Of a DNA stretch of 64,000 bases, positions 39,153-51,999 are shown piece by piece. The translations under genes were made by a program, and so were the position numbers. Numbering within the stretch: position 1 is the first letter of the stretch; each line of letters starts with the position of its first letter. Origin of the DNA: Podarcis muralis (Eukaryota); contig NC_135655.1 in the NCBI RefSeq assembly GCF_964188315.1, positions 81,654,001 to 81,718,000 on the forward strand. Direction: 5' to 3'. The notes beneath the pieces were generated by a model, which searched no databases, had not been told where the DNA came from, and saw only the letters and a program-made list of their open reading frames with translations.

Positions 39153-40618
39153 AACTAGACTAGCTTACTTACAACTTTCATATGAACGTAAGAGCCAGAC
39201 CAGCATCAAGGGTGCAATAGAAGAGGCCAACTAGATTTGACCCAAGGCCCATCTAGTTCAGCATCCTCTTCTCAGAGTGATCATCCAGGTGCTTGTGGGA
39301 TGCCCAAAAGCAGAATAACAACAGCATCCTGCTCACCTGTGTGCCCTGTGACTGATATTCAGAGGAATACCACCTATGATACTGAAGGTAACACACATCC
39401 ATCAAGAACAGCACCACCAATAGCTTTATTCCCCATGAATTTGTCTTAATTATCTCCTTCCAAAGTCTTGCTCGTGTACCTTGAAATCTGGACTTCTGCA
39501 CCTTCTGCTTGCTGTTGAGTCTGCCCCTATTACTATTAGCCTGAACAAAGATCTCTTCCTTACTTTCAAGGAAGAGTTACTGCCATTGTGTTTTGGGGAG
39601 CCTGACAATGATATTTAACTGTTCTTATTTGGGTTGCTGTTGCTGATTTGGAAACTTCTTGGCTTTGAGTCCTGGAAGACCTGCTCGCTGCCTTGCAGGC
39701 CTTTCCCCACCTGGCCTGAGAGGTAGGGCCCTGGTTGACTCCAGCAACAGAAGCTGAGACTGCTGAACAGAATCTTGGACTGGGGTATTGTTTAGGCGCT
39801 TTTGTTGGGGGGGCCCTTATGGGTGTCGTTGATGCTAATTCTTTGTATCTTTATTTTGGATCTTACGATTTATGTGGAAATTGTTCCGTTTGGTTGTGTA
39901 CCTTTTGATGTTTTGCATATTGTTTATGGCTACTTTTGTAAATGTTGTAAGCCACCTTAAAACCATAACTTCGGAAAGGTGGCATACAAATAAGATGATT
40001 TAATTGTTGTTGGTTTTTTTAAAGAAAATGCACAGGAACCCAGTGAGGTTGTTTCAGAACTGGTGGGATGTGTTCCATATAGCCTCTGTCAGTCAACAGT
40101 CTAGTTGCTGAATTATGAGTTAGCTGAAGTTTCTGAAAGGTTTTTTACATATTGATTGATTGTATTTTTACACAACCCTTCTTCCAACAAGATCCTATGA
40201 TAGTTTGCAACTGGGGACCCTCCAGATGTCTCTTTTTATTGTGCATTCATGCTTATGCATGCTCATGATGTTAATGGGCCGGTGGTACACAGTGCCACTT
40301 CCAATACTGTTTGCACCTGCAAGCACTTTGGGGCATACATACTGTTTCCTTTCCAACTAGTATAAGTCCAGTAGCTTCCTGTGACAATCCTGTAATTTTC
40401 CATGCCACAGATGTTTCCAGCAGATGCGTGTGTTTGTCCCACTTTTGTATAGGTTCTCATATATAGCGCAAAAGTGCCCCTCTGGGTGACAATAATGAGG
40501 TTAACATTGGGGAAGTATTGAAGAGCAGCTAACAAAGCAGAATGACATGTCACCAGTCCAGTGTAAATCCACCATTAGTGCACTATATAAGACCTATACC
40601 TCAGGGTATAGGGCAGTC

Positions 40619-40765
40619 TAATGCTTTTTTTCTGGGGGTAGGCAGGGGTACGCATACCCCTAAATGTTTTGTGAATCTAAGTTTGGCCTCATTGAGGGGC
40701 AGTATTTCAATATGAGTAGGAAAATGAGAGTACCCCTAAACATTTTTTTAAGGAAAAAAGCACTG
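40619..40765. mobile_element. hAT MITE
   Basis: (C/T)A(G/A)TGCTTTTTT...AAAAAAGCACTG TIR. 8-bp TSD GGGCAGTC/GGGGAGTC (7 of 8 match). Confidence 0.7.
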
Positions 40766-40919
40766 GGGGAGTCTATAAATTCAATTAATAATACAGTAAT
40801 AATAACAACAATGCAAAAAGCATCTTCCAGTCTGCAGGGGCCCCGTCACATTAGAAACAGCAAGAAAAACAGTGCTAAAACAAGACTTCAAGCAAGAAAT
40901 ACAACTATACAATAAATCC

Positions 40920-41420
40920 TATTACTGATTTGTCCTGTCATGTGCCTGTGCCCCCTAGTCCTTTGGCTCTTGAAGGGAAGCCTCACATGTAGCATATTTC
41001 AATAGATGAGTCCAAGATAGGTTATTGGGACATTTCTCTGTCCACTTCCTTCATGCCATGCATAATTTTATAAAACTCTTGTCATGTCTCTGCTTAGTCA
41101 TTTTCCCTCAAAAGAGCCTCAGATGCTCACGTTCCCTCAGAGGGAACGTCCTTCAACCCCTTGATCATTTTTCTTGTCTTTTTATATATGTTCCCCAAAT
41201 CTAGGATACTCCATCTTTAAACGGGTCAACCAGAAATGTGCACAACATTCCAATTGTGGCCACACCATGGATTTCTAGTAAGGCATTACAATACCGGCCA
41301 ATTTGTATCAAAATCTCTTTCCTAATACCCACTAACATGGACTTTGCCCTTCCCTCTCACTAACTACTACATACTGCCTACAGAGTTGACATTTCTGTTG
41401 AGCTGTCTACCACAATCATT
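40920..41420 (-). mobile_element. Ancient CR1 fragment
   Basis: Degenerate CCAGAAATGTGCACAACATTCCAATTGTGG, antisense to the CR1 YC(V)QFW region. Confidence 0.4.
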
Positions 41421-41760
41421 ACAACTTTTTCCTATTTCAGTGTCACTTAGTCCAGATTACATCGCTTTATCTGTTAAAGCAGGGAGGCTGTGAGCCCTGG
41501 GTTCTTTGTGTAGGGGCCCAGATCTCCTGCCCCTTGCCTCCATTCCTACATGGTGCCCTCCAGGTGTCCTTGGACTACAACCACCATCAGACCCAAGCAG
41601 CGTGGCCAGTGCTTAAGGATTATGGGAACTGCAGTGCAGTCATGCTGTCTACCCCATCTTGCGGGGTAGCTGGGTGCCACAGGTGGTCCTGTCAGTGAGG
41701 TGGCAGAAGTGAGGAGGAGTAGGAAGGTGTTGGAGGACAGAGCTTTATTATTATTATTAT

Positions 41761-41792
<32 letters not shown>

Positions 41793-42570
41793 TTTGTACC
41801 CCACTCATTTGACTGAGTATTTATGCTACATAGCCTGTCTTGTTCCCCTTAAACTAGCCTGCTACTTGTGGCTACAGTGCAGCTCTGCCACCAGTTGTTG
41901 CTGTTGTTTTTAAATACTCATTTATTAATTATTTTGAACACTACAATGTAACAGACATGTGTTACCATGTGCAAATCAAAGGCAAGCAAGAATAAACTTT
42001 TGATATAATTTGTTTCTGCTGCATACACTTGTGTATAAAGAAGAAACTAGGAAGGGGTTTCAGGAGCAATGCACAACCTCAGGGTGGGTTGGCGATCATG
42101 TCGAGTCTCTCCTAAGGCTAAACAAGCAAGGCCAGCAGCCTCACCTCCTTCTACCAATTCAACAATACTTGCAACGTGCAGAAACTGGACTTCCTCAAAT
42201 GGATCCGTCTTGGATTGGCCCTTACTCAATCTGGTGTTGTGCGTCAGTTTCTCAGACAAGCCTATGTACTAAATTTGCCTGTACTAACCAGTAAAAGTGA
42301 TGTGCAAGAATGTTTTCCATCCCCCAACCCGCCACTATCATGCAAGCAGCCACGAGTGGTGAGATGACGAGTTCCTTGCAGAATAGCTCAGAATCAGTGA
42401 ATAAGAATACAAGAGCTGGAGGAAGAGATATTGATACACTTCATTTTGTTCCCAGGGGCAAGTGGTCAAAAAGCTGGTCTAAGAAGCATACTACGTGGAG
42501 GCAGTGCCACCACATATGCATGTAGGTACTGTGCTGCACATATTTTCTCCAGCACTTAGCAGACATGGTA

Positions 42571-42926
42571 AGGTAAAGGTAAAGGGGCCCCTGACCATTA
42601 AGTCCAGTCGTGACCGACTCTGGGGTTGCAGCGCTCATCTTGCTTTATTGGCCGAGGGAACCGGTGTACAGCTTCCGGGTCATGTGGCCAGCATGACTAA
42701 GCTGCTTCTGGTGAAACCAGAGCAGCGCACGGAAATGCCGTTTACCTTCCCGCCAGAGCGGTACCTATTTATCTACTTGCACTTTGACATGCTTTCGAAC
42801 TGCTAGGTTGGCAGGAGCAGGGACAGAGCAACGGGAGGTCACCCCGTCACGGGGATTCGAACCGCCGACCTTCTGATCGGCAAGTCCTAGGCTCTGTGGT
42901 TTAACCCACAGCGCCACCCACATCCC
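42571..42926 (-). mobile_element. Full-length Sauria SINE
   Basis: Complete head and tail. 13-bp TSD AGCAGACATGGTA (42558-42570, 42927-42939). Confidence 0.95.
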
Positions 42927-45004
42927 AGCAGACATGGTAGGGCTCAAATAGCTTAACTTAAGCGGCATAAGTTACCAGCAGTGGGTTACTTTAAGAACAT
43001 CTTCCCTGATTGCAGGCACATTCTGTTCCAACTTTTAAACACCTGCTGAAAACTTTATGCTCCAGCCGGCTTATGCAGGCAATTAAGAATACATCTTTCT
43101 TCAAAGGTCTGTTTTTAACTTTTTAATATGGTTCTTAACTATTTAATATGTTTTTCACTGTATGGTTTTATGTTGTAAACCACTTTGATATATATATATT
43201 ATAATTTTTCTATATACAAATGAAGAAAGAAGCATGGTTTGGAACGGGGTCTATTTCCACATTGCCTTCAAGGTCATTTCAGCTACAGGTTTTCCAAACC
43301 AGATGCTGTCCTCAGTGCGGAAGTGAGATTCATCCGGCAATCTGGCTCGCATTTGTTCCTGGTTTGAGGTGGGAGTGTGCTACCTTGCCCTTTGTGCAGT
43401 GATGATGAGGCCCTAGTCACTCACCCTCTCCATTTCACCCAGAGACATTCTATTATTATTATTATTTATTAAATTTCTATACAGCCCTTCATCTGAGGAT
43501 CACAGTTTACATTCTGTACCCTGATGCTAGCTTTTCCCAACCTGGTGCTCTCCAGATATGATGGGCTGCATCAGAGGCATACCTAGGCTCCTTTGTGCCC
43601 TTGGCCTTTGTGACCTTGTATCAGTGCCCACTGTCCCTTTGTCTGGCCTCCCAGAGCAGGGGAGAAGTGGCCCTAGGGAGTACGTGGATGGATGGGCAGA
43701 CCCGAGCCAGAGGGGAGAGGCATTGTTTTTTCACCCCTCTGGGCCTGCCCCTTGGCAGCTGCCAACCTGTTCAACATCTGGAATGCACCAGCCCCAGCCA
43801 GAATGGCCCAAGGTCAAGAAGGATGGAAGTTGCAATCTAAAACATCCTGGGGAAAGCCGATTTATGCAAATTTCTGTTTCTTGTGTGCCTGTTTCCTTAA
43901 AGTACCCAGCAACATTCCATATATATTAGCATATGGACATGTGTTTGTATTAACTTTTTTGGCTTTATATTTTCCAGACAATATCTGCCACACTTTCAAG
44001 CATCCTCTCCAGTTTCTCAACATCCTTTTCAAAATGGAAACGTCAGAACTGGATACAGGATCTCAGCAGTTCATTCTGCAAATTTCCCAGCTTGGTGTGA
44101 GCAATTTCCTTGGCTTGGAAAACCCCTTTTTGTTGTGAAGATTGACACTTGCATTCCTATCCTTCATCTCTGAAAGAGAAGAAGAGAGGCATTCAAGACT
44201 AGGCATATTCCACAATTACAAAATCAGTGGCTTGTCTCCAATTTACCTCTACTAAGAGTAGACCCATTAAAGTTAATGAACCTAAATCAGCCATGTCTAT
44301 TAATTGAAATGGGTCTTCTCTGAGTATGACTAGCACTAAATATAACACAGTATGGTTTTTTATCAGTATTTCTTACATTTTTCTTTGAAAAACAACAGGT
44401 TCCTAGTCCTTCAGGTTGCAGGATCTAAACAGCAGCAGTTTGCTAATTTCAGCTTTTGCAGAGAATTTCAGATTGCCCCAGTGCAAATTGTTGTGGTCAC
44501 ACTACATGTGGGTCACACACAGCCTCTTCTGCCTTATTTTTTTGAACTACAAGCCCTTGTCATCAGCCTTTGTCCCAAAATTCTTAGCAGTGCAGGAGGA
44601 CAAATGTGCGGAAGGGGTGCATGAGTGTGTGTGAAAGATCAATTGCATGAGCAGCCCTTACACACTTAGTAACACAGTTTGAACTTTTCTCTTTGGCCAA
44701 CCATGAGAGGAGAGGAGAAAGTAAAGCAGGTGCAGCCCAGTTAGCTTCTCTTAGGAAACACCCACACCCCATATCAAGTTTGGGTTTTTTTTGGCGAAAA
44801 AAGTAAATAACAGTCCAGGCCAAGGGGATGGAGGTTGCAACTAGGGCAGAGTTGGGCCAAGTCTAAGATCAATAAAGGCAATTATCATACTAGAGGCTTG
44901 ATAGGTGGTTTCAAATTGATCAGGGTGTCCCTAACTGATCTGTCACACTTGCTCCTTTTCCTTCGCTCTTCTCAACCTGGGAGGGAAGCTGCAGCTGTCT
45001 AGAT

Positions 45005-45432
45005 CAGTGTTTCCCACCCTTTTCCCGACTGTGCCCCCCTTCCGAACTTGCTTCCTTCCTGTGCCCCCCATCCTACCAGACAGCTTGCCGACAGCTTGGT
45101 GCGCACAGTGGTGGAGTGCAGAAGTGGGAGGGAGAAGGAAGCGGAAGCAACGTTGTTGCAGAGTGCGCATGGCGATCCATCCACTGGGAATCACGGTCAC
45201 TTCTCTGTTCACTCCTCTTCTCTGTTTTCCATTTTCTGCACTTCTCTGTTATCTTTTTCTTGTCTGTTTTCTTTTCTCAGTCACTTCTCTGTTTTCTTCA
45301 CTTCTCGCTTCCCTCTGTGGCCCCCTAGTCTCATGCCATGCCCCCCCCATTTATGTGATTTCCACCTGTGGCCCCCTTGGAATATCCTGGGGGTCCCCAG
45401 AAGGCCATCTGGCCCCCAGCTGAGAAACACTA
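45005..45432. mobile_element. Non-autonomous hAT (Charlie-like) element
   Basis: CAGTGTTTC...GAAACACTA ends. TSD GTCTAGAT/ATCTAGTT. Confidence 0.7.
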
Positions 45433-45565
45433 ATCTAGTTCAGGGCCATGGAATTTGTGCCCCTCTTACAACTTCCATCATCCTTGACCCATTGTCCAGG
45501 AATTGATGGAATAGGCTCAGGCAGAGAAAAACTGCTATTTAATGTACACCATCCGTTCACCCAGG

Positions 45566-45735
45566 CTGTATATACACTATGCCTTTAAAGCACATTTCCC
45601 CCCCTCAAAGAATTCTGGGCAACGTAGTTTGTTATAGGCTGCTGAACATTGTAACTCCGCGAGGGCTAAACCGCAATTCTTTGAGGGAAAGCATGCCATT
45701 CTGAATGTGCTTTAAAGGCATGGTTTGTACACAGC
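45566..45735. mobile_element. Palindromic MITE-like element (related remnants near 47910-48030 and 48500-48590)
   Basis: Inverted CTGTATATACACTATGCCTTTAAAGCACATT...AATGTGCTTTAAAGGCATGGTTTGTACACAG. Confidence 0.6.
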
Positions 45736-46376
45736 CACAGTAATTGATTGCAAAAATAAACACGTCTCCTAGATAGACATTGTGCATTTTTCCAGAAGGA
45801 TATCTGAGGCTGTAATCCTATACCTACTTTTCTGAGTAAGCCCACTGAACTCAGCAGTTGCCTCTGAGTAGACATGCAGAGGATAGCACTGTGAAGCTTT
45901 CCTCAAGACATGAGTATTCTGTTATATAGTTCTAATATCATACATTGTTTCCTGACAGTGTGAGTTTGTTATACCTCCACTTGAAATTATGGCTGCTACC
46001 TGTTATAGGGGGTCATCTGAAGATGCTGGAAGATTATTATTCAAGATCACTGACAAAAAAAAAAGACTTCTAGGATCAATGTGATCATGACATTGATCTT
46101 TTAAGAAGCATTGGCAGAAGAGAAAGAAACATATCCAGAAAGAAGAGAAAAGCGGGGTTGGATGATCTGATTCAGCAGAAATAGAATTGAGCACCTCTGC
46201 ATAAAAAGCTGTTGAGAGATTAAAAACTGCCTGAAGAAAACAACAAACCAAAGTAGGATTCAGTTGCAGCAAGGAGTTCCCTCCTAACTTTTTGAAACTT
46301 GACAGTTGAGGTTTTTTTCTTTTTCACTGAACAGAAACAGATCTAGGCTAGGGGCTCTCACACTTTCTCCTTTGGG

Positions 46377-46952
46377 GAAGCATAGTGTTCTGATCAACGG
46401 AAGTAATAGTACCACTCTATTCTGCCTTTGTTAGACCACACCTGCAATACTGTGTCCATTTCTGGGCACCACAATTTTAGAAGGATGTTGACAAGCCAGA
46501 ACATGAGCAGAGAAGGGAGACCAAGATGATAAAGGGTCTGGAAACCAAGCCTTGTAAAGAATGGTTGAGGGAGTTGGGTATGCTTAGCCTGGAGAAGAGG
46601 AGGGGAAATGTGATAACTGTCTTCAAATATCTAAAGGGCTATTGCATGGAAGATGGAACAAGTGTATTTTCTCCTGCTCTGGAGGCTAGGACCTGAACCA
46701 ATTCAAGCTACAAGAAAGGAGATTCCAACTAAACATCAGGAAGAACTTTATGACAGCAAGTGCTGTTTGACAGTGGAACAGACTCCCATCAGAGGTGGTA
46801 GAGTCTCCTTCCTTGGAGGCTTTAAAGCAGAAGTTTGCTGGCCACCTGTCATGGATGCTTTCGTTGGGATTCCTGCATTGCAGGGGGTTGCACTAGATGA
46901 TACACAGGGTTCCTTCCAACCCTACAATTCTATGATTCCAGACTCTATGATC
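46377..46952 (+). mobile_element. CR1 LINE 3' fragment just upstream of the candidate cytokine promoter
   Basis: Decayed RT C-terminus (CAATACTGTGTCCATTTCTGGGCACC...) with a TTCTATGATTC tail. Confidence 0.85.
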
Positions 46953-47099
46953 CTTGCCACCAGACCCAGCTTCTCACGCAGGACACCTCCATAGATTGCC
47001 CTGCCCTGCCCTGCTCAGAAGTGTCCAATGAGTTCACTCTACACAGCTGAATTACATTACCCACATCCTGTTCATTCACAGAATTTCACAGCCTGCTTT

Positions 47100-47222
47100 T
47101 CTCTAGAAGTGATGTCAGACTAGGGGTGTGATCAGCAGTAAACAGGTGAGATATAAGGACCCGGGGAAAGCAGTAGGTAGAGGGACAATTAAGGAGTGGA
47201 AAGGCATCTAACTTGAAGCAGG
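47100..47222 (+). promoter_or_regulatory. TATA promoter and short 5'UTR of the candidate cytokine gene
   Basis: GATATAAGG at 47150-47158, 71 nt from TATA to an ATG with A at -3. CRE-like TGATGTCA at 47110-47117. Confidence 0.6.
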
Positions 47223-47232
47223 ATGAGGCAGC
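47223..47232 (+). CDS. Candidate four-helix cytokine, exon 1 (10 coding nt, M-R-Q-[R], phase 1)
   Basis: agcaggATG AGG CAG C|GTAAGT, a perfect intronic donor consensus. Phase 1 fits exon 2, and other nearby ATG-plus-strong-donor candidates were out of phase. Confidence 0.65.
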
Positions 47233-49342
47233 GTAAGTAGTAGAGGCTGCTGGAGGGCACTCTGTTGCATGCATGTTTCCTTGGAAGACAGTGTGGAGAG
47301 ATGGGCTGATTGGTTGAGAAGTTTATCTGGGCTGAGCTAGTGGAGGGAAAGTCTTCTTCAATAAGCTGGTCTGTGGTGTGTGTGTGTGTGTGTGTGTTAT
47401 GAGTGGGACAAAATGTTGAGGCAAGTGTTTGGGGAGATGGGAGGTAGGGCAGGTTCTGGATGTTTCCTGGAGAAAAGCCAGCAAGAGAAAGTTGTACAGT
47501 GGATTGTGACTCTTCCAGTGCTGAGTTCTCTCAGTGGTGGGAGCAGAGTTGCCAACACATCTGTGATTTGTCATACTGGGCAGCACTGGCGATGTGGATT
47601 CTCGTTTGTGTGCTTGAGTAGAAGCAGAGATGTTTTTATTTTTTTAAAAAATCTACCCAAGGTGAGATGTCATTGCTGGATTCCTGGATTCTTCTGTTGC
47701 TATGCAAGATTTTTCTTTGAACCTTTGGGGCATAGTCGACCTGTGTATAAACAGGGGGCAAGGGTGTTTATCATGCTTTGCCCACTGTGGTGAGTTAAAC
47801 AAAAAACGAAAACAAAAAAGGGTTGAGAATGCCTGAGGGCCTGCTAGGATGTCAACAAGGCTGTGCATGCTTATAGCGGGGGAGCCCTGGCTTCCAGCAA
47901 CAGAAGGCTGAGCATTTAAAGCACATTTCTCTCACCACCCAAGGAGTCCTGGGAATTGTAGCTTGTTAAGGGTGCTGGGAATTGTAGCTTGGTAGCCATG
48001 TGCTTTAAATGTGCATTAAATGTGCATGGTTGCAGGGCTTGTGTGACCGTCTGACAAGTAGCAATTAAACAGGTGGTCTCCCTTGGTGTGGAAATGTGGG
48101 GATAGGGGTGGGGAATGGAAGTGAGGATTTTGTTTTCCTCCTGGCAAGACTCCCATGCTTCTACATATTTTTTTTTTGCTAGCAGGAGTTCTGGACTTGG
48201 GACAGGACTGAGCAGCTCTAGGGAATTTTGGTGTTGGAATTTGGTTTGTAATTTAGGGTGTCGTTACGGTTTTGGGTCCCCCACCCAAACATGAAGTGCA
48301 TTACTGTTTTGAAACCCAGGTCTGCACCCCCCACCCCATTTCTTGCATTTGTGGTTTTGTAAGCTGATGATCTGACCCACTCACATCTCCCTAGAATGAT
48401 GAGAGCTGTGGGGGTTTTATGGTCGCTTACACAACATATCTTTAAAGCACGTGGCTCACCCCTCCCCTCAAGATGTAATTTGTTAATGGTGCTGAGAAGT
48501 GTAACTCTCAGGGGGAAACTACAGTTCTCAGGAATCTTGGGCGAGGGAAGAATATGCTATAAATGTGCTTTAAATGTATGGTGTGTGCATAGCCTTTTGT
48601 ACATGGTGATAGTTTGCCTAGAATACCAAGGAAATACAGGCCAGCCCTATCATGAGGCGGAATGAGGCGGCCACCGCAGGCAGCAGGTGCTGAGGGTCAA
48701 GGGGCAGTGGTGAAGTGTTGGAGATTGAAGCTGTGTGTGCCACTCAGCCTGTCCTGTGCTCCTTAAGGTAGAGGACACCATCCCATGGACCGGACTGCCC
48801 ATTTGGCTACTGTACATGAAGTGTATGTCTGTGTGTGCACCATCTTGTCCTTTGCCTCAGGCAGCAAAATGTATTGGATCAGCCCCAGAGATGCCAAGTT
48901 GCTCCCAAGATTAAGGGGGCCCGGCGCATGCCATGTGCACATGACATCACATGTGCAACACGCGTGTGTGATGTCACATGTGTCACACTTTGCATGCATG
49001 TGACATCCCGCACGCAATGCATGTGTGACGTCACATCATCTGGAGGAGGCCGAGTGCTCTGGAGGAGCCAGCCACCAAAGCTGTGCTACACTCGGCTCCG
49101 TTCTCAGCCTCCTCCACACTGAGGGGAGCCGAAGGGGCATGAGCTGGTATGAGGGGCAGCTCAATTGGTGAAGTATTCAGAGAATTCGGCCAGGAAACTT
49201 CATGTGACACTGCATGTGACAAGGTAGGCAGCCTTGACTTGAACTTCACCACAGCTCTGACCTCACCAAGGTATTCAGCCTTATTTGCTCCTAGTAAAAG
49301 TTGGTGCTGGAATTCCACTGTTCCTTCTTGCCTGGCAGAGGG

Positions 49343-49352
49343 GGAAAGTCCC
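49343..49352 (-). promoter_or_regulatory. Canonical NF-kB site GGGACTTTCC in intron 1 of the candidate cytokine
   Basis: Exact 10-bp match to the classical kappaB site. Function is untested. Confidence 0.45.
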
Positions 49353-49529
49353 TCTTGACTGTCTCTGCTTCTGGGCACAAATAAGCAAAGTAGCTTCACA
49401 TGTCTTGTGACAGCTACCCCTCAGGAGGGGAAATGTTGTCACTCTGTTACTCTGCCTGGTCCCATTTGATGCATGGCAGGTTGCAGTCACATTACCTGAC
49501 TTACATTCCTAGGACACGTGTGTGTGTTT

Positions 49530-49560
<31 letters not shown>

Positions 49561-50118
49561 ACACCCACCCTTACCTGTTGCTACCAGGAATCTGTCTCTT
49601 TGGTTTCTCATGTGAGGGGAGTGTCTGTTGGGTGATTGGAGGGGAAATGGCAGGAAATAACCCATAAGTGCAGCCTAGCAACATATTTATCAATTTTTCT
49701 TCTCACAGCTGCATTCTTCTCTCATTCAAAACAGCCCCCCCCCTTTAAAAAATGTTTTGATAATCTGTCTGTATGGTGCTGCTGGCAAAGCGCTATGTAC
49801 AGTGCATGTGCAGCCTCACTACGTACGGTGCATGCATCGTAAGTAGCAATGCCCGCACATGCACCCTACGTAGCGACGCCCCCCCCCCGGGTGTCACGAT
49901 GCCTTTGTTCGCCCCTGCCTTGGATTCTACCTTTACTATTTCCATGTTGGCCTTCTCGTGTGGAGATTAAGGTCATTAAAGCACCCATCCTATGGATACA
50001 CTTTTGAGAGTAAACTCCGATGAATGCCATGTGACTTCCTTTTGAAGAAGTGTGAAATAGCATTTCACTGCACAATTTGTCTCAATGTCTGATGGCGCAA
50101 TCCTTATGTTTATTACAG

Positions 50119-50285
50119 GACGGCACACATTTGTATCAGTGGTGTCACTGATGACTGTGCTTTGCAGTTTGAGTCAGGGATGCCCCACTGAGGCCGGACC
50201 GACATGTGCAGAGGAACTGCCCAATGCCATCTCCATTATCAGTCGCTTGAAGAAATGCCTGAGGGATCTTTACAAGACCTTAGTG
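50119..50285 (+). CDS. Candidate cytokine exon 2: signal peptide plus helix A
   Basis: ccttatgtttattacag|GA...GTG|gtatgt, 167 nt. RHTFVSVVSLMTVLCSLSQG / CPTEAGPTCAEELPNAISIISRLKKCLRDLYKTLV. Confidence 0.85.
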
Positions 50286-51815
50286 GTATGTACAAGAATG
50301 AATCACCTGCTTTCTGTGTCACTTCCTTCCTTCCTCTCTCCAAAGGACCTTTCCTTCCACTCGGCTAAGAGTAGAATTTAGTAGAGCCATTCCAGATGTT
50401 GAAAATTGTGGGGCCCGCAAAGAAATGTGCTTTGGTAAACTGGACCAGCTCAGCCATGAGTTACTGGCATTGTTGGCAAATGTTGAGGGCTAGGGTGTCA
50501 GCTGAAATAGATCCAAATATTTTGGTTTGACTGGAATCGCTGACTAGAATTACGTACAATCTAACATTTAGTTGGCTTATTGCTGCTGGCCATGCGCTCC
50601 TGTGTTTTCGAGCAGCAGGCAGTGTCCTGTGTGGTGCACATGACTTCCAGGGCAGGATCAGTACCAATTTGTCCTACATTTCAGCAGCAGCAGCATCTAG
50701 ATACTAAGAATGATCTCAGGTTTTTGAGTCATCATGCATAAGTAGCCAAAGCATCCACGCACAAGAGGGAGGTATCAACAGCCCCATGTTTTGCAGAAGT
50801 AAAAATAATAATATTTCGGGGAGTAAATTAAAGGGGTTTAACCTTCCTCCAAATGGCTAAGTGAGGACTGAACATGCTCAGTTAGTATGGAATCCTGGCT
50901 ATTGAGTTGGAGGGGGGGGGGACAAAATACTTAGTTGGAATAGGAATGGCTTGGAGTGGTTGGAACCTTGAATAGAAGCATGTCACACAGCAACATTTTG
51001 TTGTAGGTTTCCCTTGTCCCTGATTTCCAGTAAACAAAGTCCTGCTTATTCCCACATTCTGCAGTCATTAGGACATCAGCAATGGAAGGTCAGGCATGAT
51101 CTGAAGCATGTGGGACTTGCTTCCAAGTGAATGTGTTCAGGATTGGACTGACAGGCTTTAAGCTTCGTACCTCTACCTTCCCGCTACATTCTTGTGTGAC
51201 GGGCCATTATTTCCCCACTCTTACAATTCATAGCCTTGGAAGGAAACAAGAGGTTACTGGGTTCAGTCCTCTTTCACAACTCCCATCTGTTTCCACCTCC
51301 AGCCTATCAATCTGTAGAATCTACAGTGAGTTATTTTGGAGAACAAATAGCTCCACTTCAGATGATTCAAAAGAAAAACACAAACCACAAGCTGCAAAGG
51401 ATGGCAGTTCTGCTACCCTAGTGAACATTCCTTCTTGACTCCACTAGAGATGATGAATCAGATCCTAAAAATAAGTAAAGTCCCTTCACCCTTATTGCAT
51501 TTGTGGGATGGTGACTCCTTTAACACCCTTATTGAGTCTACAGGTGAATTGTTGAGTCCAGACCACAGGCAACTCTGCTGACAGGACTGCACTGGCTCTC
51601 AACATTTTACTAAAGTTTGTGTGGGGGGGAATAGGAATACTAAGCTGTAATCAAATCTTTCAGCTGTTTCAGCAGAGGAGGAGAAGCACACCAAATTTCA
51701 TAAAAGTAGAAATAGTTTCGAATGCTTCAAAGACAAATAATATATAACTTATTTTTCACAATTAAAATTGGTTCGTGCCAGTTCCGGAATCCAAGTTTTG
51801 TTTTGTTTTTTGCAG

Positions 51816-51899
51816 GATGATGGTTATGGAGGCAGGGAGCTCAGAGGACCTGTGTGCATCCTGAGAAACAATGGCATTGTGGCCCAGCCCACCGACCTG
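51816..51899 (+). CDS. Candidate cytokine exon 3: AB loop
   Basis: ttttgttttgttttttgcag|DDGYGGRELRGPVCILRNNGIVAQPTDL|gtaagg, 84 nt, phase 0-0. Confidence 0.85.
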
Positions 51900-51999
51900 G
51901 TAAGGAGCCATTTGGCAAGAGGAAGAGCAAGCCCAGTATCTGTGTGTAGGGCAGGAATGGGCAAATCTGTCAATTTTGGTTTCTCCTACTTTTTCATTA

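Noticed and set aside
43975-44110. Exon-like open frame within ORF 43692-44138
   Set aside because: The minus strand matches decayed CR1 (CCAGTTCTG...AAGGATGTTGAGAAACTGGAGAGG).
47746-47795. TATAAA, then ATG CTT TGC CCA CTG TG|GTGAGT, as exon 1 of the cytokine
   Set aside because: Phase 2. Splicing to 50119 reaches a stop after about 30 codons, and the ATG sits where the TSS would be. The 47223 exon fits phase, Kozak context and spacing. It could still be a non-productive alternative start.
49473-49479. ATG GCA G|gttgca as a 7-nt phase-1 exon 1
   Set aside because: Phase fits, but the donor is non-consensus, there is no clear TATA, and out-of-frame ATGs precede it.
50085-50118. In-frame ATGs (50085, 50106) making a four-exon gene
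   Set aside because: Both have weak Kozak contexts and overlap the polypyrimidine/AG acceptor. Not excluded, but less parsimonious than splicing from 47232.
51303-51325. 23-nt micro-exon candidate (ctccag|...CTACA|gtgagt) in cytokine intron 2
   Set aside because: Contains an in-frame TAG in phase 0 and would break the frame. At most a poison exon, with no support.
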